In this document: one piece after another, positions 1 through 13,208 of the stretch
Numbering within the stretch: position 1 is the stretch's first letter
Layout of the letters: every line of letters begins with the position of its first letter
Source: Oikopleura dioica
Taxonomy: Eukaryota > Animalia > Chordata
Assembly: GCA_907165135.1 (NCBI GenBank)
Contig: OU015566.1
Span: forward strand, 4,774,001-4,838,000
Reading direction: 5' to 3'
DNA: 64,000 nt
The notes under the pieces: generated by a model
Database searches by the model: none
What the model saw: only the letters and a program-made list of their open reading frames with translations
What the model was told of the DNA's origin: nothing
Position numbers and translations under genes: made by a program

Positions 1-170
1 AGAAAAATTCAATGAGCTGAGCTGCCCTTTTTCAGATTTGAATGAGTTGAGCTGAGCTGATCAGACCCTTATTAGAGCTGAGCTGAGGTAAATGAGCTGA
101 ACTATGCTGTTTTCTACTCTATTTTTAGTAGTAAAATTATGTTAAAATCATTGAGCTGAGCTGAGCTTAG
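1..170. repeat. AGCTC/GAGCT pentamer-rich dispersed repeat (MITE-like), truncated by window edge
   Basis: Runs of gagctgagct; the interior (ccctttttcag...tagtaaaattatgttaaaatcattgagctgagctgagc) closely matches 42885-43010. Confidence 0.85.
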
Positions 171-908
171 CGACGAGAAAAAGCATTTCGAAATACGAGA
201 AAAATAGACACCGATTGTTTCTGATTCAGCAGAATAATGCTGCTCCCGTGTTTTGACCACAATTACTAGTAGAGCTCGCTACTCGCGCATGGTACCACAC
301 ACAATACTTTCTGAGAGGGCGAGGCTTGCCCGACAAGCCGTGGTGCTCGAAAAACATAAAAGAGGAAAATATTTTTTCATGGAAAAAACTAAAATTCTGA
401 CGTCTTTATTGGACTTTAAATTTTCAATCAAGAAAATCAAAATTCAAGGCTCTAAGCAAGAGTTTATTGTGAAAATCTTTCAAAATTTTCGATTTAAATT
501 TGACAGCATCAAGATTATAAGGAAGGTTTAAAATGAAATTAACGGGAAAAAGAGATTTTTACCTGAAAATAAATTTTTATGAGAAAGCAATGATTAAGGG
601 GATCCCTCCATAATTTCAAACTTTTTAATCAGTTATATAATAATTATAAAAAATAATAATAAAATTATAAAATAAAATTGTCTAAATGTCAATGAATGGA
701 AAATAGACAAAATTTCTACAGCAGAAAAATTTGTAGTACAAACTTTGTGCCTTGGCGTACGAAAATTATCATAATAACTCAGCATGGCTTACGAGCGCCG
801 ACCAGCAGTGGCGCTCCGAAACGAGGCAAATAAAAACGCGAGTTTTCATGAATACGGCAGATCTCATCGAGTCTCTTTTCTGATAAATAATCAGAAATAA
901 AAAAGAAA

Positions 909-1952
909 ATGAAGGTAAGAATCAGAGATAATGTTAATTTTTTTGCAACTTGAATGATGAAAATTCTCTAGGCATTCGCTCTCTTCGCATCTGCCTCGGC
1001 ATGGACCAGTTCAGAGTACGCTACCACGTATTCGTATTGGGATCCCAGCAATATGACCTGCGGCGGAACCATCACCGAATCAACCCTTCTCGTCATTCCA
1101 ACGGATGAAAATGGTTTCTACTACAACGACATGGACTGCCACTGGGATCTCCAATTCCCAGAGGACGTCAGCCTCTTGCACGTCGTTCCACGCAACTTCG
1201 CCGTCGAGGACTGCGGTTCGGGATGCTATTGTGACGCGCTCATTGTCAACGCAAACCAGACCGACGAATCGGGCTACTGCGGCTTCCAAGAAACCTCTCG
1301 ACGAAGGAGACAAGCCGAAAAGGAATACAGTCTCGAAGGTAGATATAATATATATAATGAGAACTCGAACAATACTGGCATGGATGCGCGAACTATCGTC
1401 GGAAACACCGGAACGATCAAATGGTTCACCGATGGCTCAGTTGCCTATCGGGGTGCCGAAGTCTGCATTTACGCCGATGGAGACGATATGGAAGCTGTTT
1501 GCCCCCCACCTGCCCCAGCGGCTCCAGCAACTCTTTCTCCAGCCGACGCTTGGGCCCAGATCGAAGCCGCTGCTGCTGATGTGGCCACCGTCGTCAACGA
1601 CTTCTACGCCGCTCTCCCCGGCCTCGGTGCCAACTCCGTCCTCGCAACCAAGAAGGTCAATCGATTCAACGATTTCTTCGCCAAGATGCAAAAGCTCAAC
1701 AACCACTCTTCCGCCGATGCCTGCGCCTACCCTGCTGGCTCCAACGATCACTCCACTTTCGTCTCCCCTGTCGACTCCGCTGACGGCTGCGAGGAATTGG
1801 CAGGCCTTTTCGCCTCTCTCGCCTCCTTCCTCGACTCCTACGTCTGCCTTCCCAGCGCCGAATCCAGATCAATCAAATGGACTAGACTCATCCAGCGACA
1901 GCGAAAATTGGTCATGACCCGAAAACTCAAGCAGATGAGCTGCGGAAACTAA
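909..1952 (+). CDS. Secreted CUB-domain protein with a C-terminal helical Cys-containing domain (possibly an oikosin-like extracellular protein)
   Basis: ATG AAG at 909, GT-AG intron 915-971, then AFALFASASAWTSSEY... in frame with ORF 1053-1952. Signal-peptide-like N-terminus; CUB motifs CGG, Y.NDMDC.W, C.CDAL, F.TDGSV.YRG. Confidence 0.8.
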
Positions 1953-2271
1953 GCGCCCAAAAACGGCAACGAATCGTTGTCGACAAATTCAAATTATACT
2001 TTCTGATTTTTCTCAGTTCTGTTTTTTTTTTCTCGTGAAAAAAACCTTCTTTGAATAAATCACAATTCGGCAAATGGTATTTGTGTTTATCCAAGAAAAA
2101 ATGTGTAAATCGATTTATCAAGAAATGAGAAAAAACGGAGGTTCGACAAAACCATACTCCTGTGTGTTGAGTACAACAACTTGACGGACTCGTTGTTGGC
2201 GCTTGCTATTACCATAATTCTGAAGTAGCTTCAAAACAAACTCAGAGGAAGCGGTGGTGTTCAAGTAATTA

Positions 2272-2622
2272 TTAAGGACCCCCCCCCCCCGTCAACTTTT
2301 TCCTTCGAAAAATGAAAATTTTTAAAAACACCATATTTTTGGTTCTTATTGCGTCCTCAGATTTAACTTGCTTTAAAAACTTGATAAGAGCAATTTTTGA
2401 CCAAGAAACATCAATATTTTTGCCAAAATTAGTGCAAATTCGTCAATTTTCGACGAAAAGTCCAATTTTCAAATGCGATTTTGAGGGTGTTAGAGTCGAG
2501 ATAGACCCCCAAAAAATCGACCTTAAAATCGTTTTTTGACCTGTAGAATCCATTTCCGGGGAAAATATAAAAATTCCGAAATTTGATTTTTCTAAAAAAG
2601 CTGACCGGGGGTGGGTCCTTAA
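2272..2622. mobile_element. MITE flanked by TTAA duplications (Kolobok-like RR..YY ends)
   Basis: ttaa|ggacccccc..gtca at the left end and tgaccgggggtgggtcc|ttaa at the right; 343 bp between the TTAAs; partial copy at 35169. Confidence 0.8.
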
Positions 2623-3746
2623 TAAAAGGGCATTCTGAGCTGTTTTTTTGAATAACGATTTTCTTGATTTTCAGGCGCTGAGCAAGTGATTTTGGTAAAA
2701 AATTTGCTCGATGATTTTTTATCTCGAAAAATGATAAGAACTTTGACCATTTTACCGTCGAGGAGGCTCTTGACGGCACAAAATTCATTTTCACGCGCAA
2801 TGTCTTTTTGGTGAGTTTTTTTCTCTAGAACTTATTGTTTTATCTATTGCCTTGGAAGAAGAATTCTTCAGTTTCAGTTTTCTAAAGGAAAGAAAGTAAG
2901 TTGATCTCCCAGATCTGGGTCATTAAACCGTCGCCGGTGAAAATAATTCGTTGCAAAGCCCCCTTAGGAGCCCATTGAAAAATCAATAGCCATGATTTTT
3001 CGCGTGACATCGTCAATTATAAATGTCGTAGAGTAAGACTTAGACAGCTGATTTTGAGAAAAACTCCTTTTTCATCTTGAGGGTTTTTTAAATAGAAATT
3101 GAGTCATTTCCTTGTTTGCCGCTCTTTCATCTTTTCTCAAATTTGGCAGTGGAGTAGAAAAGACGCTAATTAACCGTAAACAGAGAAAAAATACCCGGAA
3201 TGGGAGGCTGCAATAGTGAAATATGCGGATTTGGCTCGTTGATAAACCCAGGTAAAAATCAATTTGTTGGCGTATATCATATACGGTATATGTCCGAAAA
3301 TGGCTTTCTTAATCCATATTTTACGAAACAAGCTGCGGAGTACTCTACTCTTGTCGTGTTTCTAAAGACCGTAGTTTATATTCAAAATAATTTTCTCGAA
3401 ATTGCAGTAGCACTTGCTTTGACCATGCAAAGTGCACCGCCACAGCGGCGGGAGATCTTAATTAATTACAGCAAATTTCCCTTAATTGTCGTTGAATTGA
3501 TCATTTTCATTTCAAATTTCAGAAAATCAACAGCTAAATTGCTCACGCTAGAATGGTAACATCCTTTCCAAGGGAAAAGTTGCTAATCCTGAGCTTGACC
3601 CTTCCTTTATCGCTCTGAGCAGAGGCAATTATCATTTCTAGCGATTTCGCAAATGCCTTTTATTTATCAGAACAGAGACTTTCTTTTCCTCCTTCTTCTC
3701 TTTTCAACTTTCAAAAATGCCCAGAAAATAACTTGTGAATTAAGAA

Positions 3747-4458
3747 ATGGCTGCAGAACTTGCCGGAAAGAAGATCATCTTTATCGTCGGAGGCCCTGGC
3801 TCCGGAAAAGGCACTCAGTGCGAGCGAATCGTCGCCAAGGTACTTTTAATTCATTTTCTTTCTCCTATCCAGCTCCAAGTACGGCTACTGCCACCTTTCT
3901 TCTGGCGACCTTCTCCGCGCTGAAGTCGCTTCTGGATCTGAACGAGGCCAGGAGCTTCAGGAAATCATGAAGCGAGGCGAGCTCGTCCCTCTCGAAACCG
4001 TCCTCGCCATGATCCGGGACAAGATGTTGGCCAACACCGATGCCAAGGGCTTCCTGATCGATGGATACCCACGAGAAGTCGACCAGGGAAAGCAATTCGA
4101 ATCTTCGGTATGATAATTCTGCCAAAAACGTCACTCTAAGAGTCGCCTTCTAGATCGCCCCTGCTACCTCCGTCCTCTACCTCGACGTCGCCACCGAAAC
4201 CATGGTCCAGCGACTGATCAAGCGAGGTCAGACCTCCGGCCGCGCTGACGACAATGAAGAAACCATTCGCGCTCGACTCAACACCTTCGAAAAGGTACTT
4301 CCGCTTCCTCCCTCTCCATCCCCATCTTTTAGGCAACTGCTCCCGTCGTCGATTACTACAAGCAGCAAGGAAAGCTCTACGAAATCGAACGAGCCGTCGC
4401 CGAGTCCTCCCCCGATGAGGTTTTCGCCAAAGTCTGTCTTCTTTTCGACAAGTTGTAA
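3747..4458 (+). CDS. AK1: Adenylate kinase, AK1-like, 4 coding exons
   Basis: [47 protein letters not shown]...[10 protein letters not shown].../...[20 protein letters not shown].../...[13 protein letters not shown]-loop and LID motifs, GT-AG introns. Confidence 0.93.
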
Positions 4459-4713
4459 ATTTAACCTTGTAAATAGCAAAACGCACTGTATTTTCAAATA
4501 CACACACAGCAAAAACAACCTAATTTTTGTGCTAAATATTTATTTGTTTGCTGAAAACAGAAAGACCATGAACGAAAGTACCAAAAATCAATGAAAGGAT
4601 CAAAAGAAAACTCTTCTACAGAGCCCAAAGAGTAAATTGAACTGATAATTGATGATCGAAAAATTGAACCAGATTGAACTGCACGGATGAATCGAAAAAG
4701 GAAAAGGTTTTCT

Positions 4714-5731
4714 TTAGTCGGTCTTCTTCTTTGAAGAGTCCCGTTTTGCGAAGAAGCCCATGATCATTGTGATTGCGATAGGGCCAGCCCAGTACGTCGT
4801 TGCGTGCTGAAGAAGATCCTGTGGCGTCGAAATACAGTGGAAGTTGATGAGGATTGACAGAAGGGGGTTCATAATCGCACCAGTCGATCGAATAACTAAA
4901 AAAGGCAAATAAAGAACCAGCAATGTCCAAAAAACTTACATGTCTTGACGACATATGCGACCAAAACAGCTTGAGAGAGCATGACAGTGTTGTCTTGGTC
5001 GAGCTTGAGCGTTTTCGCCAGCGCTTTTTCGATTTCAGGAGCGATGATCATCAAAAAGACGAGAGCAGTTTCGATGGCGATTCCTGTTTGTTGGTCGATT
5101 CCCAGCGTTGGTGTGCACTGAAAAGGGGGTTTTAAGAGCTGTTGTGAATTACTTTTTCGAAAGCATATTCTCAAAGAATCACCTTTCCAGAAGAAATGGT
5201 CGAATGAAATGGCAAGAATCCAATCTTCCAGTACACTTCTTGCATAAATCTGGCTCCTCCAAGCGCTCCCAAAATCTGGAAAGGAAAAACGAGCAGCATC
5301 TTGGCGAGTCCATGCTCCGCCAAAATCGGCAACGGGTTCGCTAGAAAACGGATTATTTCAAGATGCCAAACGAGAAGGAAATTGAGAAGCCGCTCTTCTC
5401 AAAAAATCACCTTTTCCAGGCATAAAATGAGTGAAATAAATCACTTGAGCAGCAGTCGCAAAGTGAAAATAAGTTTCGTTGACGTTTTCAAACCAAAGTC
5501 CTTTTTCCCAAATCGCGCAAATGAACATAAACGACGAGACGATTTCCGTCAGGACGATTCTCAGTAATCCAGAAGAACTAAAAAAAGAATGAGAGGGAAG
5601 AAAATGAGAAAAGAATACTTCGCATTGATAATTTTCTTCGAAAAAGTGGCAAAAATTGCGAGCAAGGAAACTACTGCTACATAATCGACCATGAGTTCCG
5701 GGTGTTTAACATAGTCCCCGATTTTTATCAT
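4714..5731 (-). CDS. Unorthodox (AQP11/12-like) aquaporin with both NPA boxes as NPL
   Basis: Spliced: MIKIGDYV..NSSGLLRIVLTEIVSSFMFICAIWEKG..MPGKANPLPIL..QILGALGGARFMQEVYW..CTPTLGIDQQTGIAIETALVF..STGAIMNPLLSILINFHC..TYWAGPIA. Motif order matches the MIP fold. Confidence 0.8.
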
Positions 5732-6744
5732 CTTTCTCTTCTTCAAATTCGAGACAAATCTGGCCGGAAAATTGCAAAGACAGGACAGTAAATTTACTGA
5801 GCAGTAAACAATGTTTGCTCAAACAGATTTTAGCTATCTAGAAATTAACTTTTCATCTATGATCTATTCAAATAAAAATTGATAAGAAGGGTGGAGAAGC
5901 CGCTTGCTGCTTCGAGCAAAAAGGAAAAAAAGCCGCGCATAGCCGCGGCTATAAGTTTCCTTTGACCCGAAGCAGCAAGCGGCTTCTTGATCCATTACTA
6001 CAAGGGAAAGAGATACCCATAAGAAAGTACCTGTTTTTGATGATTTTTGAAAGAGCATTTGTGAGAAGAATGAGGACGGAATGAAGAGCCACGCAGGAAA
6101 GAATGAGTTCTGGGTTGTCAACATGCTGTCTTATTAAACCCATTCTAAAATTCAAATAAAAGCTTTTCAATTTGAATGAAAAAAGATTAGCCGCGTGCGG
6201 CTTCTTAGATATCAGGAAAAAAGCCGCGGCGAAAAATTTGAAACGAAAAATTGAAGAATTTTCTCTTTTTTTGCAGAAAAAATGAAATCGTCCAGCCAGC
6301 TCGAGAAATGAAAAAAAGTGACCTCAGATGACCTTGAAAAATCGAAGCTTCGTTTTCGACAGGGTAAAAATTGCGCTTCCGCGATTGGCTGGGAACGCGT
6401 GGGTGATTCAACGCGGCCTCAGAGCGCGATTCTCGTTTTCTGCGCTTTTCGTTCAAAAAATAAAAAATAGTGAATTCTCTGTACTACTGTGAAAATGACA
6501 TAAGAAATGAGAGATATTTGGAAATAAGAAGGCAGAGAAAAAATATAAAGAAACTTTCTTGGCTTCGATTTTATTTTGAAATTAATTGAGTTCTGAATTA
6601 AATTTTGGAAAAAATAGCCGCGGCGCGGCTTTTCTGTTAAAAAAAGCTAGTGCTACTTAAACATTGTTTTTGTAATATTCTGTTTAAAAAATCATTATTT
6701 ATATCCATAAAGAATTTATGCATAAAAAATCAATTTATTCTTTT

Positions 6745-7500
6745 CAGAAATTTGAGAAAATGTGAGCGCGAAGGAGACTGTATTCTCCGACTGCGAAAAA
6801 ATGAAGGAAAAAAGCGACGAACGCGACCAGAAAAAGTTGACCTGGAAGAGGGTCAACTTTTTTTCCGTTTTCCTGAGTGGAGAAGAGCGAGGTAAAAGAA
6901 GGTGAGTTTCGCTTTAGAGCTGATTTTTTTTCTTCGAAATTTAAGCACGATTTTTATTGAAAAATTGGTTGGCGAATCCAAGTTTTGGGACATTTTTCAC
7001 AAAAAAATTAAATTTATTTTTTTAGAAATTCGAAAATGTGAGCGCGAAGGAGAGTAAAATCTCCGACTGCGAAAAAATGAAGGAAAAATGCGACGAGCGC
7101 GACCAAAAAAAGTTGACCTGGAAGAAGGTCAACTATTTTGCGCCCGAGACCTTCAATGCGATCAAGCAGAACATGCAAACGGCGACGCAGGCTGCTGGAG
7201 CAGACATGCAGAATATCGGCATGAGCGTCGACAAAAACATGGTCAAAACGCCTGCACGAGTTCTTCATGCTCCAGATATGCATTACGGCGATGGGAAGCA
7301 ACATCCAAACAATGGAACGTGACATTCAAGAAGTTTCATCACTCCGTATGAGCGCGAAGGAGAGTGAAATTCTCCGACTGCGAAAAAATGAAGGAAAAAA
7401 AGCGACAAACAGCGTTGAAACAAAATTGACCTAGAAGAAGGTCAACTTTTATTGTTTTTTGAGTGAAGAAGACCATAGAGGTTATCAAAAATGAGCAAGA
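6745..7500 (+). pseudogene. Triplicated, disrupted Argonaute/PIWI-like fragment (L2/start of MID)
   Basis: GMSVDKNMVKTPARVLHAPDMHYGDGKQHPNNGT resembles the Ago L2 motif GIMVKDEMTDVTGRVLQPPSILYG..PVQGVW, with TGA or a 1-nt deletion at the expected Trp. A ~110-bp unit recurs at about 6760, 7035 and 7347. Confidence 0.55.
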
Positions 7501-7680
7501 GTCTTGATTTTTTATGCTGCTTGCCGAACCCAATTTTAATTTTCGGAGCTGCTCCATTTTAGTGTTTTGAAAAATTTGATGATGCTAAAATTTCAGAATG
7601 AATCTTTTTTGAAAAAATTAAAAAAATGTCGTTTGAAAATTGAAAAATCGGAATTCGGAAATCGGCTGAAATCGTCGTCG

Positions 7681-8965
7681 ATGGGTGATGCTGGCCAAAG
7701 TCGCCCAAATCAGCCAAAATGGTCCCAAATGGACAAGAAGCAGTATTTCGGAAAGCTGCTGACGATGATGGTCGGAATGAGGACGGTTTTGTTCCCCCTT
7801 CAAGTTGTCAAGACCAGATTACAGGTAATGAAGAAATGGAGCTTTTGGATCGTTTTGAACCGCTTCTTTCAGTTCCAAAATAAAGCAGATGCTCAGTATT
7901 CGGGCACCTACGATTGTATCAAGAAAATTGCTCGTCGAGAAGGGTTTCAAGGTAAGAATCTCTTTCCCAGAGAAGAGCCCGATATTTACCATGAAAACAG
8001 GCTTGCGTAAAATCTCCTTCAGGTTTCTTCAAGGGTTATCCAATAAGTATGCTGTCACTGCCGGCTGGCTTCATCTACCTCACTTCCCTCGAGCTGAGCT
8101 GGCAGTTTCTGCCCTCGTCGCTACCCGCCTCCGTCAAAGACTCCTTATCGGTAAAAGCGTCTTTCGCGACTTCTTCTAACTCCTAAAAGGGTGTCGCCGC
8201 CTGCGCCGCCAGTCAACTCTGGATGGTCCCCGTCGACGTCGTCAGCCAGCACCAGCAAGTCAACACCAAAAATCTCAAAACCAAAGAGCAGGTAAATCAA
8301 AATCTTATTTCTGAAACCTGAGTGGGCTTTTGCTTCAGCCACTTATTTTTGAAAATAAAGGTCTCTTCTTTTAATTATCTGTTGTTTAGTTGCGTCAAAC
8401 ATCAACTCTCGCGAAGAAAATCTTCCGCAACGGCGGCTTGACCGGCTTCTACCGTGGTTTCTGGATTTCCCTCTTTACATTCGGCCCCCAAAGCGCGATC
8501 TTCTGGGGCACTTTTGGAAAAGCTCGGCGGACGTACGACTTCATTCCAAACCAAAATCTTCAAGTTAGTCTTTCCGCCGCTACTGCTTCAGGTAAAAAAT
8601 TTCTTTATCACAGTTTCTTAAAGCAAACTCTAGTCTTCACAAATTTGATAACGACACCGCTGGACACTGTTCGAGCGCGATATCAACTGTCAGAAGGGAA
8701 GAGTTCGTCTATCCAAGTGTTCAAAGAGCTTTGGAAGTCCGAAAGAATAGCTGGACTTTACAAAGGTACGTATTTCGGCGCTAGATTCTAGGGAAGATCC
8801 TCCACCAAGGCTTGCGGCTTTGAGACATGGCGCTAAGGGCGTCAAGACCTTATGTTAACTTTAGGTTACTTCGCGCGAACCCTGTATGGTCTGCTAAATT
8901 CCTCCCCAATCGTGATGGGCTACTTCTGGATCCGCCGCACCTCCCAAAAAGATTCCATTTCGTGA
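7681..8965 (+). CDS. SLC25A44: Mitochondrial carrier, SLC25A44-like
   Basis: KWSQMDKKQYFG..FPLQVVKTRLQ, VPVDVVSQHQQV and TPLDTVRARYQ are three carrier signature repeats; ends IVMGYFWIRRTSQKDSIS*. Confidence 0.8.
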
Positions 8966-9558
8966 TCGCCAATTTCAAAAAAGTCAAAACCGTGTATTTA
9001 TTCAAGATTCAAAAACTCTGTCTGTATTACCAAACCAAAAATGTCTTACTGTAAGATACGACAAACTCAACGCAAACTGTTACATGCAAAACAATGGAAA
9101 ACAACGAGTAATTATCAAAAAACAAAAAAAAAACTGAGAGAGAAATGAAATTGAATGACTTTGAAATTAAAGTATTCGTGCAAAACTGTTCCTCTGCTGA
9201 AAAATTAGAATTTAATAAATTTATTTTTTCGAAACGAAAATTGAGTTATTCAAAGAAGATCAAATTTCTTTATGTTGCAACTTATCTGAAGGCATTTTTG
9301 TCAGAAATGCTTAAAGAAGGGATCGAAATCAAGCTGAAAAAGGATGAAAAGAATCGAAGTATTGTTTTGAAAACTGATCGTTTCAGAAAAGCTTTGATGA
9401 GCGTGAAAATATCGTGAATGAGAGGATTCAATCCTTCGACCAGCATGAAGCCACACATTCAGAATGAAGAGCCTTACATTCAAGAGAGTCAAGGTTATTT
9501 TTTTCTGATTCCTGGATTCTTATTTTTTTTTTGAGCAGCGACCAAGACGCATATTTTG

Positions 9559-12486
9559 ATGAACTCCCAAAGAGAAACTTTTGAAGCGCCGCGAAGTCCT
9601 ACGTGCAGCAAAGACGAGTCTTCAAATGTCTTCCAAAAGAACGGCGAAGACGAACAAGACCTGACCGAAAACGAAGAGTCCGCGCTGGAAAGCATGGCCG
9701 CTCAGCCGGGATCAGGGGGCATTGACGCTCTTTCTCCGCGATCAGAATATTTGGACGCCGATGATCGTCCGATTGACTTACAAATGGAGCTAACGACCTA
9801 CCAAGTCGAGTCTAATAAAGATTTCGTTCCGATGGAAGTGGAGTCCCTAGAACCAAACACCGATGAATCTGTTTGTTCAGAATCAGAATTTGAAAGGTAA
9901 TTGGCTGTCTGTTTAGGGCCCTCTTCTACTTCTATCTCTAGTGCCCTTTCTCCTCCGAAAACTATTGAAAAAGAACTCGAAGAAGATGATGATGATGAAG
10001 ATGACGAACCGAGCTTCCACAAGCCTCAAACTAGCCCTAAAGCTCCGGAACATAATGAATTTCAGCCCAATTGGTCAGCAATAGAAGATCCCAGCATTAA
10101 CAACCCTTCACAAGAAAACCCTTCGTTTGCAAATAGTCAAAACGAAGAGCAACTTCAGTCCTCAAGTAGTCCCCAAAATACCCAAAGTCCGCAACATACA
10201 GACGCATTTGAAAAAGGAGAGGCGATAGAGGAAGATTTACAATCGTTGAAAATCAACTCGCACGTAAAAGAAGAAACTTATCAGGAAGAAACAATCGACT
10301 TTTCCCAGTCTTCAAATGGTTTCTCCTCTCATTCACCTCGAGATCTCAAAGAAAGTCCGATGAAAAGAAGTCCTCACAGAAGTCCTCGAAGAAGTCCTCA
10401 AGAAGAAACAATCGATCCTGCTGAAAATGGTGATGTTTTCATCCGTCCACTTCCTCTTGAAAGGCTGTCTGTAAGTGTCTCTCAGAACTGGGCTTTGCAA
10501 AATATGTTTAAAAGCTCAATAGAGTCCTGATAATTCTCAATAAAAAGGGATCTCCCAAAAATAACGAGTTCAATTAAGGAAACGAGTCTGAACAACAACC
10601 CCTCCCCGCAAATCAAGCTCGAAATGGACTCATCCCCATCGGACATGCAAGAAACGAGTCCTCCTGCAGAATCATCTTCTGCTCAGACGACACAAGAATC
10701 GGACGAGCAACAAGAGCAAGTTAAGACCGAGGACGAGCTCGAAACATTGACGAAAGAGGAGAAATTAATGCTCTTTCACCAACAGCGGCAGATGAAACTA
10801 GCGCTGTTGATGAGGCTCAGAGAATTGAACGAAGAGTCTATCGCTCGTGAAGAACATCATCAACTCGCGCTTCGTTATTTGCCGACGAAGCAATCTCCTA
10901 CTCAAATGGAGAGTCAACGACCAGTCAAAGATTGTAAGTTATTCATTCTTGAGCTATATAAGAAGGGTGGCTTCTCGTATTTGAATTTCCGTCGAAAACT
11001 GATTGATTATTCATCTTTTTTCAAGATAACTCTGATTCTTCGGACTCTTCGGATTATTCGGACGATTCGGACGATTCGGAAGATTCTGCTGCCACTACGG
11101 AAGAGTCAGACGTAGAAGAAAGCGTCGTTTTTGATGCTAAAATAATGCAAGAGCAAAAAAAGTTCACCGCCCGGCAGCTTGATGAAGATGCTGATATGAG
11201 ACGAGTCGAAGCCCAACGCCTTATTGAAATCAAGAACATTCAGCGAGTCGAAGATATCATCCAAAAATGCAACGTACGTTGATTTTTCCGATTTAGCTTC
11301 CATTTATTTGTGTTAAGGAAACCCTGACAACAAAGGAAGAAGAGATAAAAGCAGAAAATGAGGAAAGCGAGCTTGAAATCGTCGAAAACATCCCAGAAGA
11401 ATCATGCGCCCGAGTCAGACCCTTTTCATTTGAACACAGACGAAAAAGGAACTTCATCAGAATTCCAGAACTTCGATTCAAGAGTAGACACCACCCACTC
11501 GATCCTGATAGATTGGTCTGAACGCTCAAAAGTCCCATGTTCTAATATCAATTCTAGAGTTTATCCGACGCGATCACTTCCTATTTGCACAATTTCAACC
11601 CTTCGAACGAGCTTCAAGTGCCGGAAAAATCCAGCCGCGGTAGAACACAGCGCTATTCACAAGATAAAGAAAAGAAACGCAGGGTAAGTTTTCAAAATTT
11701 TGAAATCAAAGAGGAGAATATTTACAAATTTGGCTTGTCTCTGTCGAAGCAACCAGCTCTTTCTCATCTTTTATCAAATTTCAGAGCCAGTACAGTACGG
11801 AAGACACCGTCTATTTCCCGCCTTCCGCGTCGCTTTGCACAAACATCGAACTTTTGACCTGCAAGGAAATTGACACTCCAAGCTTCCGAATCATAGACAG
11901 GTTCGTTCATCCTTTATCTGTCTTTCCAATGATTTTTCTAGCGATGACGAGAGGTCGTCGGATGATCTTGGATCCGATACGGAGCCGCCAGAAGACGAGG
12001 ACTACATCACAATGCACATGGCAATGGAGAAGAAGGAGAAAATGAGATACTACCACGGCGCAATTACGCAGTCCAAAAAGAAGAAGAAAATTCTTGACGG
12101 TAAAAATATACTTTGATCGGCAGCAGTTTAATCTTATTCTAGAGCCGCGAGTAGCCAGTCCCAAACGAGAAGGATACTTTGCCCGTTCTATGGAAAGCTA
12201 CAAAGGTAACCTTTTTCGACCTTTTTAGCAGGAACTGATTATATTTTGTAGAAGACGGAATCGGCTGGAAAATAAGAAACTATCCTCTTGAACCAAAACC
12301 AAAGAAAGAGCACAGAAGCAAGAAAAAGCGAAGAACAACGAGGGAACGAGGCGACTGGAGAAGGTTTTTTCAAATTATAAAAGCAGCTCGTTTAAACTTA
12401 TTTAGCTCGAAGGAAGGAACCGGTTTGCGCCTGAAAATCTCGCTGAAGAAACATTGAAAATTGAAAAAACTCACAAAAATAGCTGA
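9559..12486 (+). CDS. Large low-complexity acidic/Ser-Pro-rich protein of unknown function, multi-exon; boundaries approximate
   Basis: Chain of same-strand ORFs (9556-9900, 9901-10530, 10624-...) joined by GT-AG introns; D/E/S-rich repeats such as DSSDSSDYSDDSDDSEDS; no recognisable domain. Confidence 0.55.
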
Positions 12487-13208
12487 CGGAAAAAACGATT
12501 ATTATTGAAAAGTATTTATGATGATGAAAAACCCGCCGTTTCCTCCTCTTCCCCTAACCAGACTTCTACGTTCTTTTCGCCTCTTTATTCAAGTGTCAAT
12601 TTATAACTGCTCTCTCTCTCCCTTTTTTACGGATACAAGCGCATTGAAGACCATTTTAAAGGTCCCTTATCGCTGATTTCAACGATGAAGGACCCGGACC
12701 ATGAGAACCGCCTCTCTTTCGTTTTTAAAATTAGTATATTTTATATTAACATCACCGTTTCCTTCATACTCATTTTAACATATATTTCCAGCCCGAATTG
12801 TATTCATATTTATTAGTTAGAAAAAAGGATGAGGAAGTGATAAGGAAGTTACCTGTTCAATTTTGTTTAAAAAACTCCGTTCAATCTTTAAAAAATATAA
12901 AATCCAATCACTGCCATTTTAAAAATTTTCATTTTTGTGATCTTAACTTTTCTTATTGCGCTTTCCTTTCTCTTTTCCTTGATATTAGCATTATTTTAAC
13001 TGTTTTTTGACTTTGTGACCTTCAAAATTTTACAAACCCCTGACTAAATTTCTCCCTCATCAAAAGACAATAAAAGAAAAAAATTCACGGAATATAGATT
13101 TCGCTTTTTCTCTTGCCTTACTCATATTTGATCCTAAAACAATATGTCGAGCTCTGACTTTGAGATTTTTAACTCCTAGAAAGTCGATTTCGAGCAACAA
13201 AAACGAGC

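Noticed and set aside
9145-9417. 90-aa Lys-rich ORF (likewise 253-531, 3200-3559, 50138-50353)
   Set aside because: AT-rich composition, no recognisable motif or splice support; cannot be distinguished from chance ORFs.
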